From a bacterium (GTDB taxonomy: Bacteria; Patescibacteriota; Minisyncoccia; Phycocordibacterales; Phycocordibacteraceae), in assembly GCA_023269085.1 (NCBI GenBank), contig JAHFML010000002.1:65266-129265 (forward strand): a stretch of 64,000 nucleotides of DNA. Direction: 5' to 3'. Under the pieces are notes generated by a model. That model made no database searches. It saw only the letters and a program-made list of their open reading frames with translations, and had not been told where the DNA came from. Numbering within the stretch: position 1 is the stretch's first letter; the number at the start of each line of letters is the position of its first letter. This document shows, one piece after another, positions 37,161 to 46,593 of this stretch. The translations under genes were made by a program, and so were the position numbers.

Positions 37161-38186
37161 ATGTCATTCTGGCAGAAACTCCCGAAACCTTTTTTCGTCA
37201 TGGCGCCGATGGCAGATGTCACCGATGCCGCCTTCCGCGCGCTTATCGCGAGCCGCGCTGCGCCCGACGTTTTCTGGACCGAGTTCGTCTCGGCCGACGG
37301 GCTCTATCACACCCGCGAGATCGCACGGATGCCGGACAATGAGAACCCACTCATGCGCGACCTTTTGAAGAGCAGTGCGGAGCGGCCGATAGTCGCGCAG
37401 ATATTTTCAAACAAGCCGGAGATGATCGCGTATGCGACGCGCGTGGTTGCTGACCTTGGCTTCGACGGCGTCGATCTCAACATGGGCTGCCCTGATAGAG
37501 CGATAGAGCGGCAGGGGAGCGGTGCCGCGATGCTGAAGTCGCCGGAGGTAGCCCGCGCGGTAATCCGCGCGGCGAAGGGTGCGAGTAGCTTGCCCGTCAC
37601 GGTCAAGACGCGTGTCGGGTATAATCGCGAATCGCTCGATGAGTGGCTGCCCGTCTTGCTCGAAGAAGCGCCGGCCGCTATCACGCTGCACCTGCGCACA
37701 CGCAAAGAGTTGTCGCTCGTACCCGCGCAGTGGGAGCTCATGAAGAGGGCGGTCGCTCTTCGCGATAGCCTCAATCCTGACGTACTCCTTATCGGTAACG
37801 GCGATGTGACGAGTGTTGAGCAGGGTAAGCGGCTTGTCGATGAGACCGGTTGCGATGGCGTCATGATCGGCCGCGGCATGTTCGGCAATCCGTGGGTCTT
37901 TGAGGGATTGACGCGCACACCAAGGTCGGACCTTCGGTCCGAATTCTCAAGGTCCGACCTTGGTGTGCGCGAACATGGGCTCTCCGAAAAGCTCGAAGCT
38001 TTAGTTGAGCTCGCGCATAACTTCGAGAAGCTCTTGCCGCCCAAAAATTTCTCCATACTCAAGAAGCACATCAAAGCCTTTGCCACGGGCTTCGACGGCG
38101 CTGCCGATCTCCGCGCGCGCCTTATGCTCGCCGACTCTGCTACTGAGCTCGAAGGGATTGTTGCAGAATACGTAGATGGAGCGTAA
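37161..38186 (+). CDS. dus: tRNA-dihydrouridine synthase
   Basis: APMADVTD, TEFVS, DLNMGCP, G.GAAML, VTVKTRVG, GNGDV, GVMIGRG. Confidence 0.93.
   Translation: MSFWQKLPKPFFVMAPMADVTDAAFRALIASRAAPDVFWTEFVSADGLYHTREIARMPDNENPLMRDLLKSSAERPIVAQIFSNKPEMIAYATRVVADLGFDGVDLNMGCPDRAIERQGSGAAMLKSPEVARAVIRAAKGASSLPVTVKTRVGYNRESLDEWLPVLLEEAPAAITLHLRTRKELSLVPAQWELMKRAVALRDSLNPDVLLIGNGDVTSVEQGKRLVDETGCDGVMIGRGMFGNPWVFEGLTRTPRSDLRSEFSRSDLGVREHGLSEKLEALVELAHNFEKLLPPKNFSILKKHIKAFATGFDGAADLRARLMLADSATELEGIVAEYVDGA
37912..37971. repeat. Family-A inverted doublet (REPIN-like), in frame in dus
   Basis: Perfect 23-bp arms plus 14-nt spacer CGGTCCGAATTCTC; 60 nt, read as RTPRSDLRSEFSRSDLGVR. Confidence 0.92.
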
Positions 38187-38207
38187 GCTCGGCGCAGGTA
38201 GTTCTTA

Positions 38208-38495
38208 ATGGAGGCGATCATGGGAGAATTCTTTTTTGTTCCCAAAATGCAATTCGAGCCGCTTGATGGAGTTTTTGTCGACAAACAAAACAAGATAGTC
38301 AAGAGATGTGAGCAAATGCTGGTTGCACTTGAGACGCAAGTGATGTGGCTCCAAAGATGTCTCGACGAAGACTGCGAGCATATCGTTGTCGATGAAGAAG
38401 ACATGCCGCAGTATCGCATGTTGCTTCGGCAAATCGAGGAGGTCAAGAAGGAGCTGTATGCCGCGCGGATGATGAAGCGCCGCGTGAGTAGCTAG
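38208..38495 (+). CDS. Hypothetical protein
   Basis: GGAGG SD-like sequence; followed by hairpin GGCCGGTTGGT-GAT-ACCAACCGGCC (38495-38519). Confidence 0.5.
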   Translation: MEAIMGEFFFVPKMQFEPLDGVFVDKQNKIVKRCEQMLVALETQVMWLQRCLDEDCEHIVVDEEDMPQYRMLLRQIEEVKKELYAARMMKRRVSS

Positions 38496-38544
38496 GCCGG
38501 TTGGTGATACCAACCGGCCGCTCTTTTGCTATACTCTACCTATC

Positions 38545-39576
38545 ATGGCTCACCAGTCGCTCTATCGCACGCATCGCCCAGCAACCTTTGCCGAGGTCGT
38601 GGGTCAAGAGCAGGTGACGCATCCGCTCGAGGAGGCGGTGAAGGCCGGGAAGATCGGCCACGCGTATCTCTTCGCCGGCAGTCGCGGTTTGGGCAAGACC
38701 AGCGTGGCGCGCATCTTCGCCGCCGCTATCGGCTGTGGCGAGCGCGATCTCTACGAGGTCGATGCCGCGAGCAACAACAGCGTCGAGGACATCCGTGCGC
38801 TCAGCGAGGGCGTCTACACTTTGCCTTTCGCGTCGCCGTATAAGGTCTACCTGCTCGATGAGGTGCACATGCTGAGCAAGGGCGCGTGGAATGCTTTTTT
38901 AAAAACGCTTGAGGAGCCGCCCGCGCATGCGGTCTTTATCCTCGCGACGACCGAGCTCGAGAAGGTTCCCGAGACCGTGCAGTCGCGCTGCCAGATTTTC
39001 GAATTCAAGAAGCCGACGCGCAAGGTGCTCGCCGAGATGACGGCGAAGGTCGCAAAGAAGGAGGGCTACACGCTCGAGAGCGACGCCGCCGAGCTCGTCG
39101 CGCTCTTGGCCGATGGCTCGTACCGCGATGCGCTCTCTATCTTGCAAAAGGTCGTTACGGGAACAGAAGAAAAAACCGTTTCGCGCCCGAGGGTCGAAGA
39201 GGTGACTGGCGCACCGCGGCAGAGCCAGGTGCAGGCGCTTGTCGCCGCGCTCGCCTCTGGCTCGCGCGCCACCGCACTTGTCGCTATCGAAGAAACCGCG
39301 CGCTCGGGCACCGACATGAAGCTCTACCTTGAGCTCGTGCTCTCGGCGTTGCGCTCAATACTGCTCATTCGCTATGCGCCCGACCTGCGCGCATCAATCA
39401 TGGCCGAGCTCGGTGCGGACGAATTCTCCGCCCTCGAAGAGATTGTAGGACTTACGAAGTCCCACATAACGCATGCGACACTTCTCGCCTTCCTCACCGC
39501 CGCCGATCGCATCCGCTATGCGCCCATCCCTGCGCTCCCGCTCGAGCTCGCGGTCTTGGAGCTCTTCCCCGAATGA
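38545..39576 (+). CDS. dnaX: DNA polymerase III subunit gamma/tau (short form)
   Basis: LYR.HRP..F.EVVGQ, HAYLF.GSRGLGKT, DAASN, DEVHML, FLKTLEEPP, SRC. Confidence 0.95.
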   Translation: MAHQSLYRTHRPATFAEVVGQEQVTHPLEEAVKAGKIGHAYLFAGSRGLGKTSVARIFAAAIGCGERDLYEVDAASNNSVEDIRALSEGVYTLPFASPYKVYLLDEVHMLSKGAWNAFLKTLEEPPAHAVFILATTELEKVPETVQSRCQIFEFKKPTRKVLAEMTAKVAKKEGYTLESDAAELVALLADGSYRDALSILQKVVTGTEEKTVSRPRVEEVTGAPRQSQVQALVAALASGSRATALVAIEETARSGTDMKLYLELVLSALRSILLIRYAPDLRASIMAELGADEFSALEEIVGLTKSHITHATLLAFLTAADRIRYAPIPALPLELAVLELFPE

Positions 39577-40271
39577 ACGGCGACTCATTCCGTATCGCGC
39601 TCGCGGGAGTCGCGCTCGTCGTCGCGGCGGGCGGCGTGTATCTCAAATATGAAGACATGAAGCCCTGCGTGCATCCGCTGCCCTACGCTATCGGGGCGGT
39701 CGATGCGCGCTTTGACACGACCGCGGCGACAGTCGAGCGAGAAGCCCTCGCTGCCGCGACAATCTGGAACACGGCAGAGGGGAAGCCACTCCTCGCCTAT
39801 GACACTCACGCCGCGCTCAAGATCAATCTCATCTACGACGAACGCGAGGCGAGCGCCAAGCAGGGAGAAGACATCGCGCGCGCTCAAGCCGCGCTCGAGA
39901 GCGAGCGAGCGATGATAGAGGCAGAGCGCACAGCAGGCAATGTGTCCCCGAACACCTTCAACGCGCAGGTCGCGAGCTATAACGCGAGCATCGCCTCGCT
40001 GAACGCGCGCGTGAGCGACTACAACAAGAGCGCCGGTCACGACTTCAAAGAAGGCGAGTATATCCAAGACGCGTCGGGCAAGCGCATCAACGTCTACGAA
40101 TTCATCGGCACCAATCAGCTCGAACGCGTCCTCGCGCACGAGCTCGGTCACGCCCTCGGCCTCGATCACAACAGCGACCCCGCCTCGATCATGTACGCCG
40201 AGAACGAGAGCGGCAACCTCGTCCCCACTACTGCCGACCTCGCCGCGCTCCGCGCCCTCTGCGGGTCGTAA
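39573..40271 (+). CDS. Matrixin-family (M10) metalloprotease
   Basis: HELGHALGLDH...SIMY (Met-turn). Confidence 0.85.
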   Translation: MNGDSFRIALAGVALVVAAGGVYLKYEDMKPCVHPLPYAIGAVDARFDTTAATVEREALAAATIWNTAEGKPLLAYDTHAALKINLIYDEREASAKQGEDIARAQAALESERAMIEAERTAGNVSPNTFNAQVASYNASIASLNARVSDYNKSAGHDFKEGEYIQDASGKRINVYEFIGTNQLERVLAHELGHALGLDHNSDPASIMYAENESGNLVPTTADLAALRALCGS

Positions 40272-40339
40272 TCTGGAGATATCAACATACGAACAAATAG
40301 ATGTAGGCTATAGATTTCATGTCGTGCTAGTATAGTTTT

Positions 40340-41041
40340 GTGTTAGCTTTACCGAAAGAAAAAGCGCGTGCCGTACAGCTTCGCAAACAAGGTAAAACCT
40401 ATGGAGAAATTGCAAAGCAAATTCTGGTTTCTAAATCAACGCTTTCTCTTTGGTTGCGAGATGTTGAAGTGTCAGCAGAGTTTCTCTCTCGTATCCGACA
40501 AAAGAAATTAGATGCGGTCAAGAAGGGTTGGGAGGCGCGCAGGAAGGAGCGTATCGATCGAACGAAGCAGATTACTGATGCGGCACGAGAAGAAGTCTCG
40601 AAATTTTATAAACAGCCACTCTGGCTCGTTGGCGTAACTCTTTACTGGGCTGAAGGACATAAAGAAAAATCTTGGCGTCCGGGGGCACTCGTGACTTTCA
40701 CCAACATGGACGAAAATACGATAATTATCTTCAGAAATTGGTGTCGTAAATATATGGATGTCTCGGACGGTGATTTTGTTTACAGCCTCTATGTTCATGC
40801 TACTCACGAAATGCGGACGTTAGAAATAAAACAATGGTGGGCACGCAAACTCTCAATAAACCCTGATAGCATCGCCGTTTATTACAAGAAACATACAACA
40901 AAACACGTGCGTCATAATGACGACGATAACTATCATGGGGTTTGTCGTGTTCGTGTGAGGAAGAGTGTGGATATGAATCGGAGAATTGCTAGTTGGACAT
41001 CCGAAATGGTACGTTCACTGGAGGACAAAAATAAGCTATGA
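40340..41041 (+). CDS. HTH plus LAGLIDADG-like endonuclease
   Basis: N-terminal HTH (LRKQGKTYGEIAK..VSKSTLSLW); GVTLYWAEG helix and FTN.D; low GC; abuts tRNA-Gln. Confidence 0.6.
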   Translation: MLALPKEKARAVQLRKQGKTYGEIAKQILVSKSTLSLWLRDVEVSAEFLSRIRQKKLDAVKKGWEARRKERIDRTKQITDAAREEVSKFYKQPLWLVGVTLYWAEGHKEKSWRPGALVTFTNMDENTIIIFRNWCRKYMDVSDGDFVYSLYVHATHEMRTLEIKQWWARKLSINPDSIAVYYKKHTTKHVRHNDDDNYHGVCRVRVRKSVDMNRRIASWTSEMVRSLEDKNKL

Positions 41042-41063
41042 TAGAGCCACTCGTGCTCACCGC

Positions 41064-41134
41064 TGGGGGATCGTCTAATGGTAGGACGACGGGTTTTGGT
41101 CCCGTTAATTTAGGTCCGAGTCCTAATCCCCCAG
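41064..41134 (+). tRNA. tRNA-Gln(TTG)
   Basis: TGGGGGA/TCCCCCA; ACGGG-TTTTGGT-CCCGT; atypical T-loop TCCGAGT. Confidence 0.85.
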
Positions 41135-41150
41135 CAGTGTGCAGGAGACT

Positions 41151-41176
41151 CTAGGATCGTTCCCTAGCTCCCCAGC
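41151..41176 (+). pseudogene. Degenerate second tRNA 3' half
   Basis: CTAGG-ATCGTTC-CCTAG-CTCCCCAGC resembles a Gln T-arm plus acceptor 3' strand. Confidence 0.6.
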
Positions 41177-41260
41177 AAAGTCGTGCGAGGTTATCTCGCA
41201 CAAGACGCGTCAAATGGATGAGTTACTCAGAATATTGATATATGAGTTAGAATAAGCCCA

Positions 41261-42229
41261 ATGGAACAATTTTCTCATGCGCAAAAAGAATCTGGAATAA
41301 ACCGAGTTGTCGGATTCGATGCAGGACAGGAGAAAAAATTCTTACAGTATTTCAAAGATAAGTTTGAAACCAGATCTCCTGATTCAGGAGATAAAGAAAA
41401 AACATCCGAACAAGTGGCGCTGATTGACCGCACCAATAAGGAGATGCGAGATTTCTTGGCACGGTACAATATCAATGCCGTTGAGATCCCGGCGGATAAT
41501 GTTCATATACTCGATCGGTCGAAACTTACGCAAGAAGAACTTCGAGAGATTCAAAAAAGATTTGGCACTGAGAGTGGATTCTACTCAGCCTTTAAGCAAG
41601 GCGTCGCGATTATGAAAGATTACGATGTAAGCAAATTGTCGTTTCTGCAAACTCTTGTCCACGAGTCGCTCCATCTTCAGGGATTTTATTCGTATCAAAA
41701 GAGTTCTCGAGAGACTGCCGATTTTAGCGTGAAAAACGAAGATAACTCGGCAAGTTTGAACATCCGACGATCAGGATTCTCTATCGGCACAAAAGATGGT
41801 AAAAGACGGCTCTTCCATGAGATTAATGAATCTATTATCACGGAGCTACAAATTCGATTCGAGAACGCATACCTCGCGCAGTGGCCAGAGCTGAAAGAAG
41901 AATTAAAAGCTCGCGATGCCTGTATCGAACGAGTCGCAAAACGAGACAACGCACCAATAGAAGAAATACGGAAGGTTGTAGCGAGTTTCTCTGGATACGC
42001 ATGGGTAACCTATCCCTATAACGACGAGCGCCAGGAGTTTAATTCTCTGGTCGATGAGTTGTATACGAGAAACCAATCAGATTTTGAATCGCGAGAAGAT
42101 GTCTTTAATTTATTTGTTGAAGCAACAATGAATGGTCGTCTTCTCCCTGTCGCACGACTCATTGAGAAGACATTCGGTAAGGGAACATTTAGGACAATTG
42201 GTGTGAACAGTGCGAATAAGCACGACTAG
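41261..42229 (+). CDS. Hypothetical protein with an HExxH zincin-like motif
   Basis: LVHESLH...INESIITE; low GC. Confidence 0.6.
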   Translation: MEQFSHAQKESGINRVVGFDAGQEKKFLQYFKDKFETRSPDSGDKEKTSEQVALIDRTNKEMRDFLARYNINAVEIPADNVHILDRSKLTQEELREIQKRFGTESGFYSAFKQGVAIMKDYDVSKLSFLQTLVHESLHLQGFYSYQKSSRETADFSVKNEDNSASLNIRRSGFSIGTKDGKRRLFHEINESIITELQIRFENAYLAQWPELKEELKARDACIERVAKRDNAPIEEIRKVVASFSGYAWVTYPYNDERQEFNSLVDELYTRNQSDFESREDVFNLFVEATMNGRLLPVARLIEKTFGKGTFRTIGVNSANKHD

Positions 42230-42327
42230 ACAATTCGATCGAACCTGAAGATAAGACCGTTTTCCACAGGTGGGAGGAAAAATGCGTACGGTACACTATG
42301 TTTATTGTTAGCTAGTAATTTTAACCT

Positions 42328-42963
42328 ATGACCAATAGTATTGACGCGCTCGAGTGGCGCTATGCGACGAAGGCGTATGATACGGAGAAGAAGCTCTCGG
42401 CAGAGCAGATTGACACGATGCTCGAGGCCGCGCGCCTTGCTCCTTCTTCGTATGGCCTCCAGCCGTGGAAGTTTATCGTCGTGAATAATCCGGAGATGCG
42501 CGCGAAGCTGCGCGAGGCTGGCTACGGACAGTCGCCCATCACGGATGCGTCGCACTTCATCGTCATCGCGGTACCTTCGGTCATCGACGATACGCTCATC
42601 GACGCGTATCTGCAGTCGGTCGCTCACACACGCGGCGTCTCGCTTGAGAGCCTCGCGGGCTATCGCGCGATGAACAAGGGCGCGCTCGAGAATAAGACAC
42701 CGGCAGAGCGCATCGAGTGGGCTGCGCGACAAGCGTATCTCGCGCTCGGCGTCCTGCTCACGACCGCCGCAGTCGAGAGGATCGACGCGACGCCGATGGA
42801 AGGCTTTGATCCGAAGAAGTTCGATGAGATTCTCGGCTTGGTCGCGCTCGGTCTCGAGTCGAAAGTCGCGCTCGCGCTCGGCTTCCGCTCGAGCGAGGAC
42901 GCGATGGCAGGCGCGATAAAAGTCCGCTTCCCGAAGAGCGAGGTCGTGGTAGAGGTAAACTAG
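42328..42963 (+). CDS. Nitroreductase (NfsB-like)
   Basis: WRYATK.YD, LAPSSYGLQPW, DATPMEGFD. Confidence 0.9.
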   Translation: MTNSIDALEWRYATKAYDTEKKLSAEQIDTMLEAARLAPSSYGLQPWKFIVVNNPEMRAKLREAGYGQSPITDASHFIVIAVPSVIDDTLIDAYLQSVAHTRGVSLESLAGYRAMNKGALENKTPAERIEWAARQAYLALGVLLTTAAVERIDATPMEGFDPKKFDEILGLVALGLESKVALALGFRSSEDAMAGAIKVRFPKSEVVVEVN

Positions 42964-42966
42964 TCA

Positions 42967-43224
42967 GTGTACTTTGTCTATATTCTCGAGTGTGCCGACG
43001 GGTCGCTCTATACCGGCGTGACCACCGATGTCGCGCGTCGCTTTGCCGAGCACGCGGCGGGCACGGGCGCACGCTACACTCGCGCACACGGGGCAGAGCG
43101 CATCGTCTACACCGAAGCCTGCGCCGATCGCGGCGCGGCACAGAAGCGCGAAGCCGCGATCAAACGCCTCTCGCGAGGAGAGAAGCTCGAGCTGATGAGG
43201 TTAGACCGCACGCACGCACATTAA
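42967..43224 (+). CDS. GIY-YIG nuclease (YhbQ/UPF0213)
   Basis: YFVYIL.C.DGSLYTG.T.D..RR..H..G.GARYTR. Confidence 0.9.
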   Translation: MYFVYILECADGSLYTGVTTDVARRFAEHAAGTGARYTRAHGAERIVYTEACADRGAAQKREAAIKRLSRGEKLELMRLDRTHAH

Positions 43225-43328
43225 TAATTGTATCCACAACGCACACATTGCTTTTTCTTAGGTGTCAGCGTACAATAAAAACACATTCGGGATTTTCCCG
43301 CGGCCCCGCCAGCAATGGAGGGGAATAT

Positions 43329-43718
43329 TTATTTCAGATAGAGAGAATGGAAACCGTCCTTGACGCGAGAAAAATCAGTATCATCTAGCGTGCCGAGTTT
43401 TGAGGACAAACGACGATAATCAATCGCTCGCGCTTGATGTAAACAAGCGGCCATGTCGCGTTCGTGCTGTCGGAATTTCACATACCAACTGCCTTCTCGC
43501 ACTTGAGTTGTCGTCGGGATGACAAAATAGAAACCGTGCGACAGCTTTTTCAAAATGATAACAGGGCGAGAAAATAACTTACTTTTCCCATTGACCTCAG
43601 AGCCGACATTTTCACCGAGACTTGCCCACCAAATATCTCCTTGCGATACTAGTGGCGGCTTGTGCTCGATAGCATGCAATCGTCCTTTGAGCCCTATCCA
43701 CTCGAGGAATTTTTTCAT
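43329..43718 (-). CDS. PemK/MazF-family endoribonuclease toxin (no adjacent antitoxin seen)
   Basis: GDIWW..LG.NVG.E..GK...RPV.I, IP.TT, Q.R.ID..RL..K.G. Confidence 0.85.
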   Translation of the reverse strand: MKKFLEWIGLKGRLHAIEHKPPLVSQGDIWWASLGENVGSEVNGKSKLFSRPVIILKKLSHGFYFVIPTTTQVREGSWYVKFRQHERDMAACLHQARAIDYRRLSSKLGTLDDTDFSRVKDGFHSLYLK

Positions 43719-43820
43719 AGCGTATGTAGTGTAGCACCAACTATGCTTGCGATTCGCAAGAGCCTCGACAAGGTCGTCACCCGCGACAAAGATCGGTTTA
43801 CGAAAGCGTAGCTTCTAGAA

Positions 43821-45065
43821 CTATTTGATGCCACGCGCCGCGAGTGCAGTTGTGATGCGTTCAACGCCGAGCACGAAGGCCGCTTCGCGCAAAGAAGTTC
43901 GTTTCTCTTTTGCGGTAGTCCAGATGGCATGGAATGCGTTTGCCATGAGCGGGTGAAGTCGTTCGAAGACCTCTTCTTTTGTCCAGTAGAATTGTTGACG
44001 ATTTTGCACCCACTCGAAGTAAGAGGTTGCGACGCCGCCGGCGTTCGCGAGCACATCGGGGATGACGGTTATACCGCGCTCTTCAAAAATCGCGTCTCCT
44101 TCGGGGGAGGTTGGTCCGTTTGCGAGCTCGAGAATAATAGAAGCCTTAACCTTCGGCGCGGTCGTCGCGGTCAATTGATTGTCGAGTGCCGCGGGAATGA
44201 GAATGTCGCAATCAGCGGCGAGAAGCTCTTCGTTGGTCACGGTGCGGGCACCAGGTGAGGCGAGCGTGCCATGCTCCTGCTTTGAGCGATGTATCGCGAT
44301 CGGGTCGAGGCCGTTAGGGTCGAGGAGGGCGTTTTTACTGTCAGAGAGTCCGACGATGCGGTAGCCGAGTTCGTGGAGGATGCTTGCCGCATGGTAGCCC
44401 GCGTTCCCGAATCCTTGCACGACGACGCGGAGTTTCTCTCGATCAAGCCCGCGCATCGTTACGAGTTCTTCGAGGACGTACACGCCGCCCTGTGCAGTGG
44501 ATGTATCGCGCCCGAGGCTTCCGCCAAGCGCAATTGGTTTGCCGGTAATCATGCCAGGCTCGCTCTCGCCGACCATCTTTTCATGTTCGTCGAGCATATA
44601 GCCCATGATCTGCGGCGTCGTATAGACATCAGGTGCCGGAATATCTTTATTAATGCCGAAGGTGCCGTTCATTTCACGAATAAAGGTACGCGAAATGCGC
44701 TCAATTTCTGCCGTACTGTATTGTTTCGGGTCAAATTGGATACCGCCCTTGCCACCGCCGAAGGGTACATTGACGACTGCGCACTTGATAGCCATGGCGG
44801 CAGCGAGTGCCTTCACCTCGTCGAGATCAGCGCCAGGATGAAAACGAATGCCGCCTTTGTAAGGTCCGCGAGCATTATTGAATTGAACGCGATAAGCGCG
44901 GAGCGTCTCCTTACGCCCGTCGTCTCGCACGATGGATAATTCTTTTTCGATGACGGCATTTGGCGTCTCGAGCGCGGTGCGTTGCTCCGGCGTGAGGTCG
45001 AGCGACTCCGCAGTACGAGCGAGACGTTCCAGATAAAAAGCGAACGGTTTATTTTCTTGGTGCAT
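43821..45065 (-). CDS. gdhA: Glu/Leu/Phe/Val dehydrogenase (glutamate dehydrogenase)
   Basis: RGPYKGGIRF, GGGKGG, DIPAPD, GFGNAG, ANGP, NAGGV..SYFEW. Confidence 0.92.
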   Translation of the reverse strand: MHQENKPFAFYLERLARTAESLDLTPEQRTALETPNAVIEKELSIVRDDGRKETLRAYRVQFNNARGPYKGGIRFHPGADLDEVKALAAAMAIKCAVVNVPFGGGKGGIQFDPKQYSTAEIERISRTFIREMNGTFGINKDIPAPDVYTTPQIMGYMLDEHEKMVGESEPGMITGKPIALGGSLGRDTSTAQGGVYVLEELVTMRGLDREKLRVVVQGFGNAGYHAASILHELGYRIVGLSDSKNALLDPNGLDPIAIHRSKQEHGTLASPGARTVTNEELLAADCDILIPAALDNQLTATTAPKVKASIILELANGPTSPEGDAIFEERGITVIPDVLANAGGVATSYFEWVQNRQQFYWTKEEVFERLHPLMANAFHAIWTTAKEKRTSLREAAFVLGVERITTALAARGIK

Positions 45066-45101
45066 ATGTGAGTAGTATACGGCACAAGTTGCAAGCTTGT
45101 T

Positions 45102-46523
45102 TCAGAGCGTCTGCACCATCATCGTGTTGGTGCCGCCCACCTTCCCGAATGGGATGCCGGCCGCGATCACGACGTGATCGCCCTTGGTCGCGAGCTTCTG
45201 GCGGAGCATCGCGCGCTTGCTCTCGGCGACGACGTCGAGCAGGTCGGCAAAGGGTTTCGCGATGAGCGGGTGGCAGGCGAAGGAGAGCGCGAGCTTGCGT
45301 GCGGTCGCCGCGTGCGGCGTGAAGACGATGATCGGCCGCGTCGGGCGACAGCGCGAGATCATCCGTGCGGTGAAGCCGCTCTCAGAGAGAGCGACGATAG
45401 CCTTCGCGCTCGTCGCGTGCATCGCGTCGACCACGGCGCGGCCGACGGCGTTGACCATCTCGGTCTCGTCGTTCGCGCGCGTTCTGAAAATATCATGATA
45501 CGAGCTGTGGTTCTCGGTCTTGTGCGCGATGCGCGTCATCATCGCGACGGCTTCGACGGGGTAGTCGCCCATCGCGCTCTCTTGCGAGAGCATAATAGCG
45601 TCGGTGCCGTCGAGGATAGCGTTCGCGACATCAGCTACCTCGGCGCGCGTCGGCACCGGGCTCGTAATCATACTCTCGAGCATTTGGGTCGCGGTGATGA
45701 CCGGCTTGCCCGCATCGGTGCACTTCCGGATGATCTGCTTCTGGATAAGCGGCACATTCTCGGGTGAGACTTCGACCGCCATGTCGCCGCGTGCGACCAT
45801 CACGCCATCGGCGGCCGCGACGATAGCGTCGATGTCGCTGACCGCCTCGACCGTCTCGATCTTCGCGATGATAGCGGGCATAACCTTCGGCGCGTGCTTC
45901 AGGATAAGCGCGCGGAGCTTCTTCACGTCAGCCGCCGAACGGACGAAGGAGAGCGCGACGAAGTCGACGCCCTGCGCGAGCCCGAAGGCGAGATCGGTCT
46001 TGTCCTTCGCGGTTATGGCGCTCACTTTATGAAAGGCACCCGGGATGTTCACGCCGCGGCGGCCCTTAATAGTGCCGCCGATGACGACGCGCGTGATGAC
46101 GTCGCGGCCGGTGATAGCGACGACCTCGAGCTGGCGGCGGCCGTCGTCGAGGAGGATGGTGTCGCCTTTCTTCACCTCGTTCGCGAGATAGGGGTAATTG
46201 ATATATACGCGTCCGACCGAGCCAGCGATTTTCTCTGGCGTGAGACAGAATCGCGCGCCCGGTACGAGCGTGATGCTCCCCTCGGCGAAGTCGCCGATGC
46301 GTATCTTCGGTCCCGAAAGGTCCTGCAGAATGGCAATCGGCTCACCAACCTTCAGAGCCGCCGCTCGGATGTTCGCGATCGCGCTCGCGTGGTCGGCGTG
46401 CGCGCCGTGCGAGAAGTTGAGTCGCGCGACATTCATGCCGGCGTGGATAAGCTCGACGAGCCGCTTCTCTTCGCATGAGGAGGGGCCGATGGTCGCGACG
46501 ATCTTGGTTCGTTTGAATTTCAT
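45102..46523 (-). CDS. pyk: Pyruvate kinase
   Basis: RTKIVATIGP, RLNFSHG, DLSGPKIR, AKIE, MVARGD, ATQMLESM, PTRAE. Confidence 0.97.
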   Translation of the reverse strand: MKFKRTKIVATIGPSSCEEKRLVELIHAGMNVARLNFSHGAHADHASAIANIRAAALKVGEPIAILQDLSGPKIRIGDFAEGSITLVPGARFCLTPEKIAGSVGRVYINYPYLANEVKKGDTILLDDGRRQLEVVAITGRDVITRVVIGGTIKGRRGVNIPGAFHKVSAITAKDKTDLAFGLAQGVDFVALSFVRSAADVKKLRALILKHAPKVMPAIIAKIETVEAVSDIDAIVAAADGVMVARGDMAVEVSPENVPLIQKQIIRKCTDAGKPVITATQMLESMITSPVPTRAEVADVANAILDGTDAIMLSQESAMGDYPVEAVAMMTRIAHKTENHSSYHDIFRTRANDETEMVNAVGRAVVDAMHATSAKAIVALSESGFTARMISRCRPTRPIIVFTPHAATARKLALSFACHPLIAKPFADLLDVVAESKRAMLRQKLATKGDHVVIAAGIPFGKVGGTNTMMVQTL

Positions 46524-46593
46524 ACGGAATATGTTGGATTAGGTACTGCGCCAGTATAGTGCTTCTGGCTTACTTCGGCTAGAATGTCGGGTA

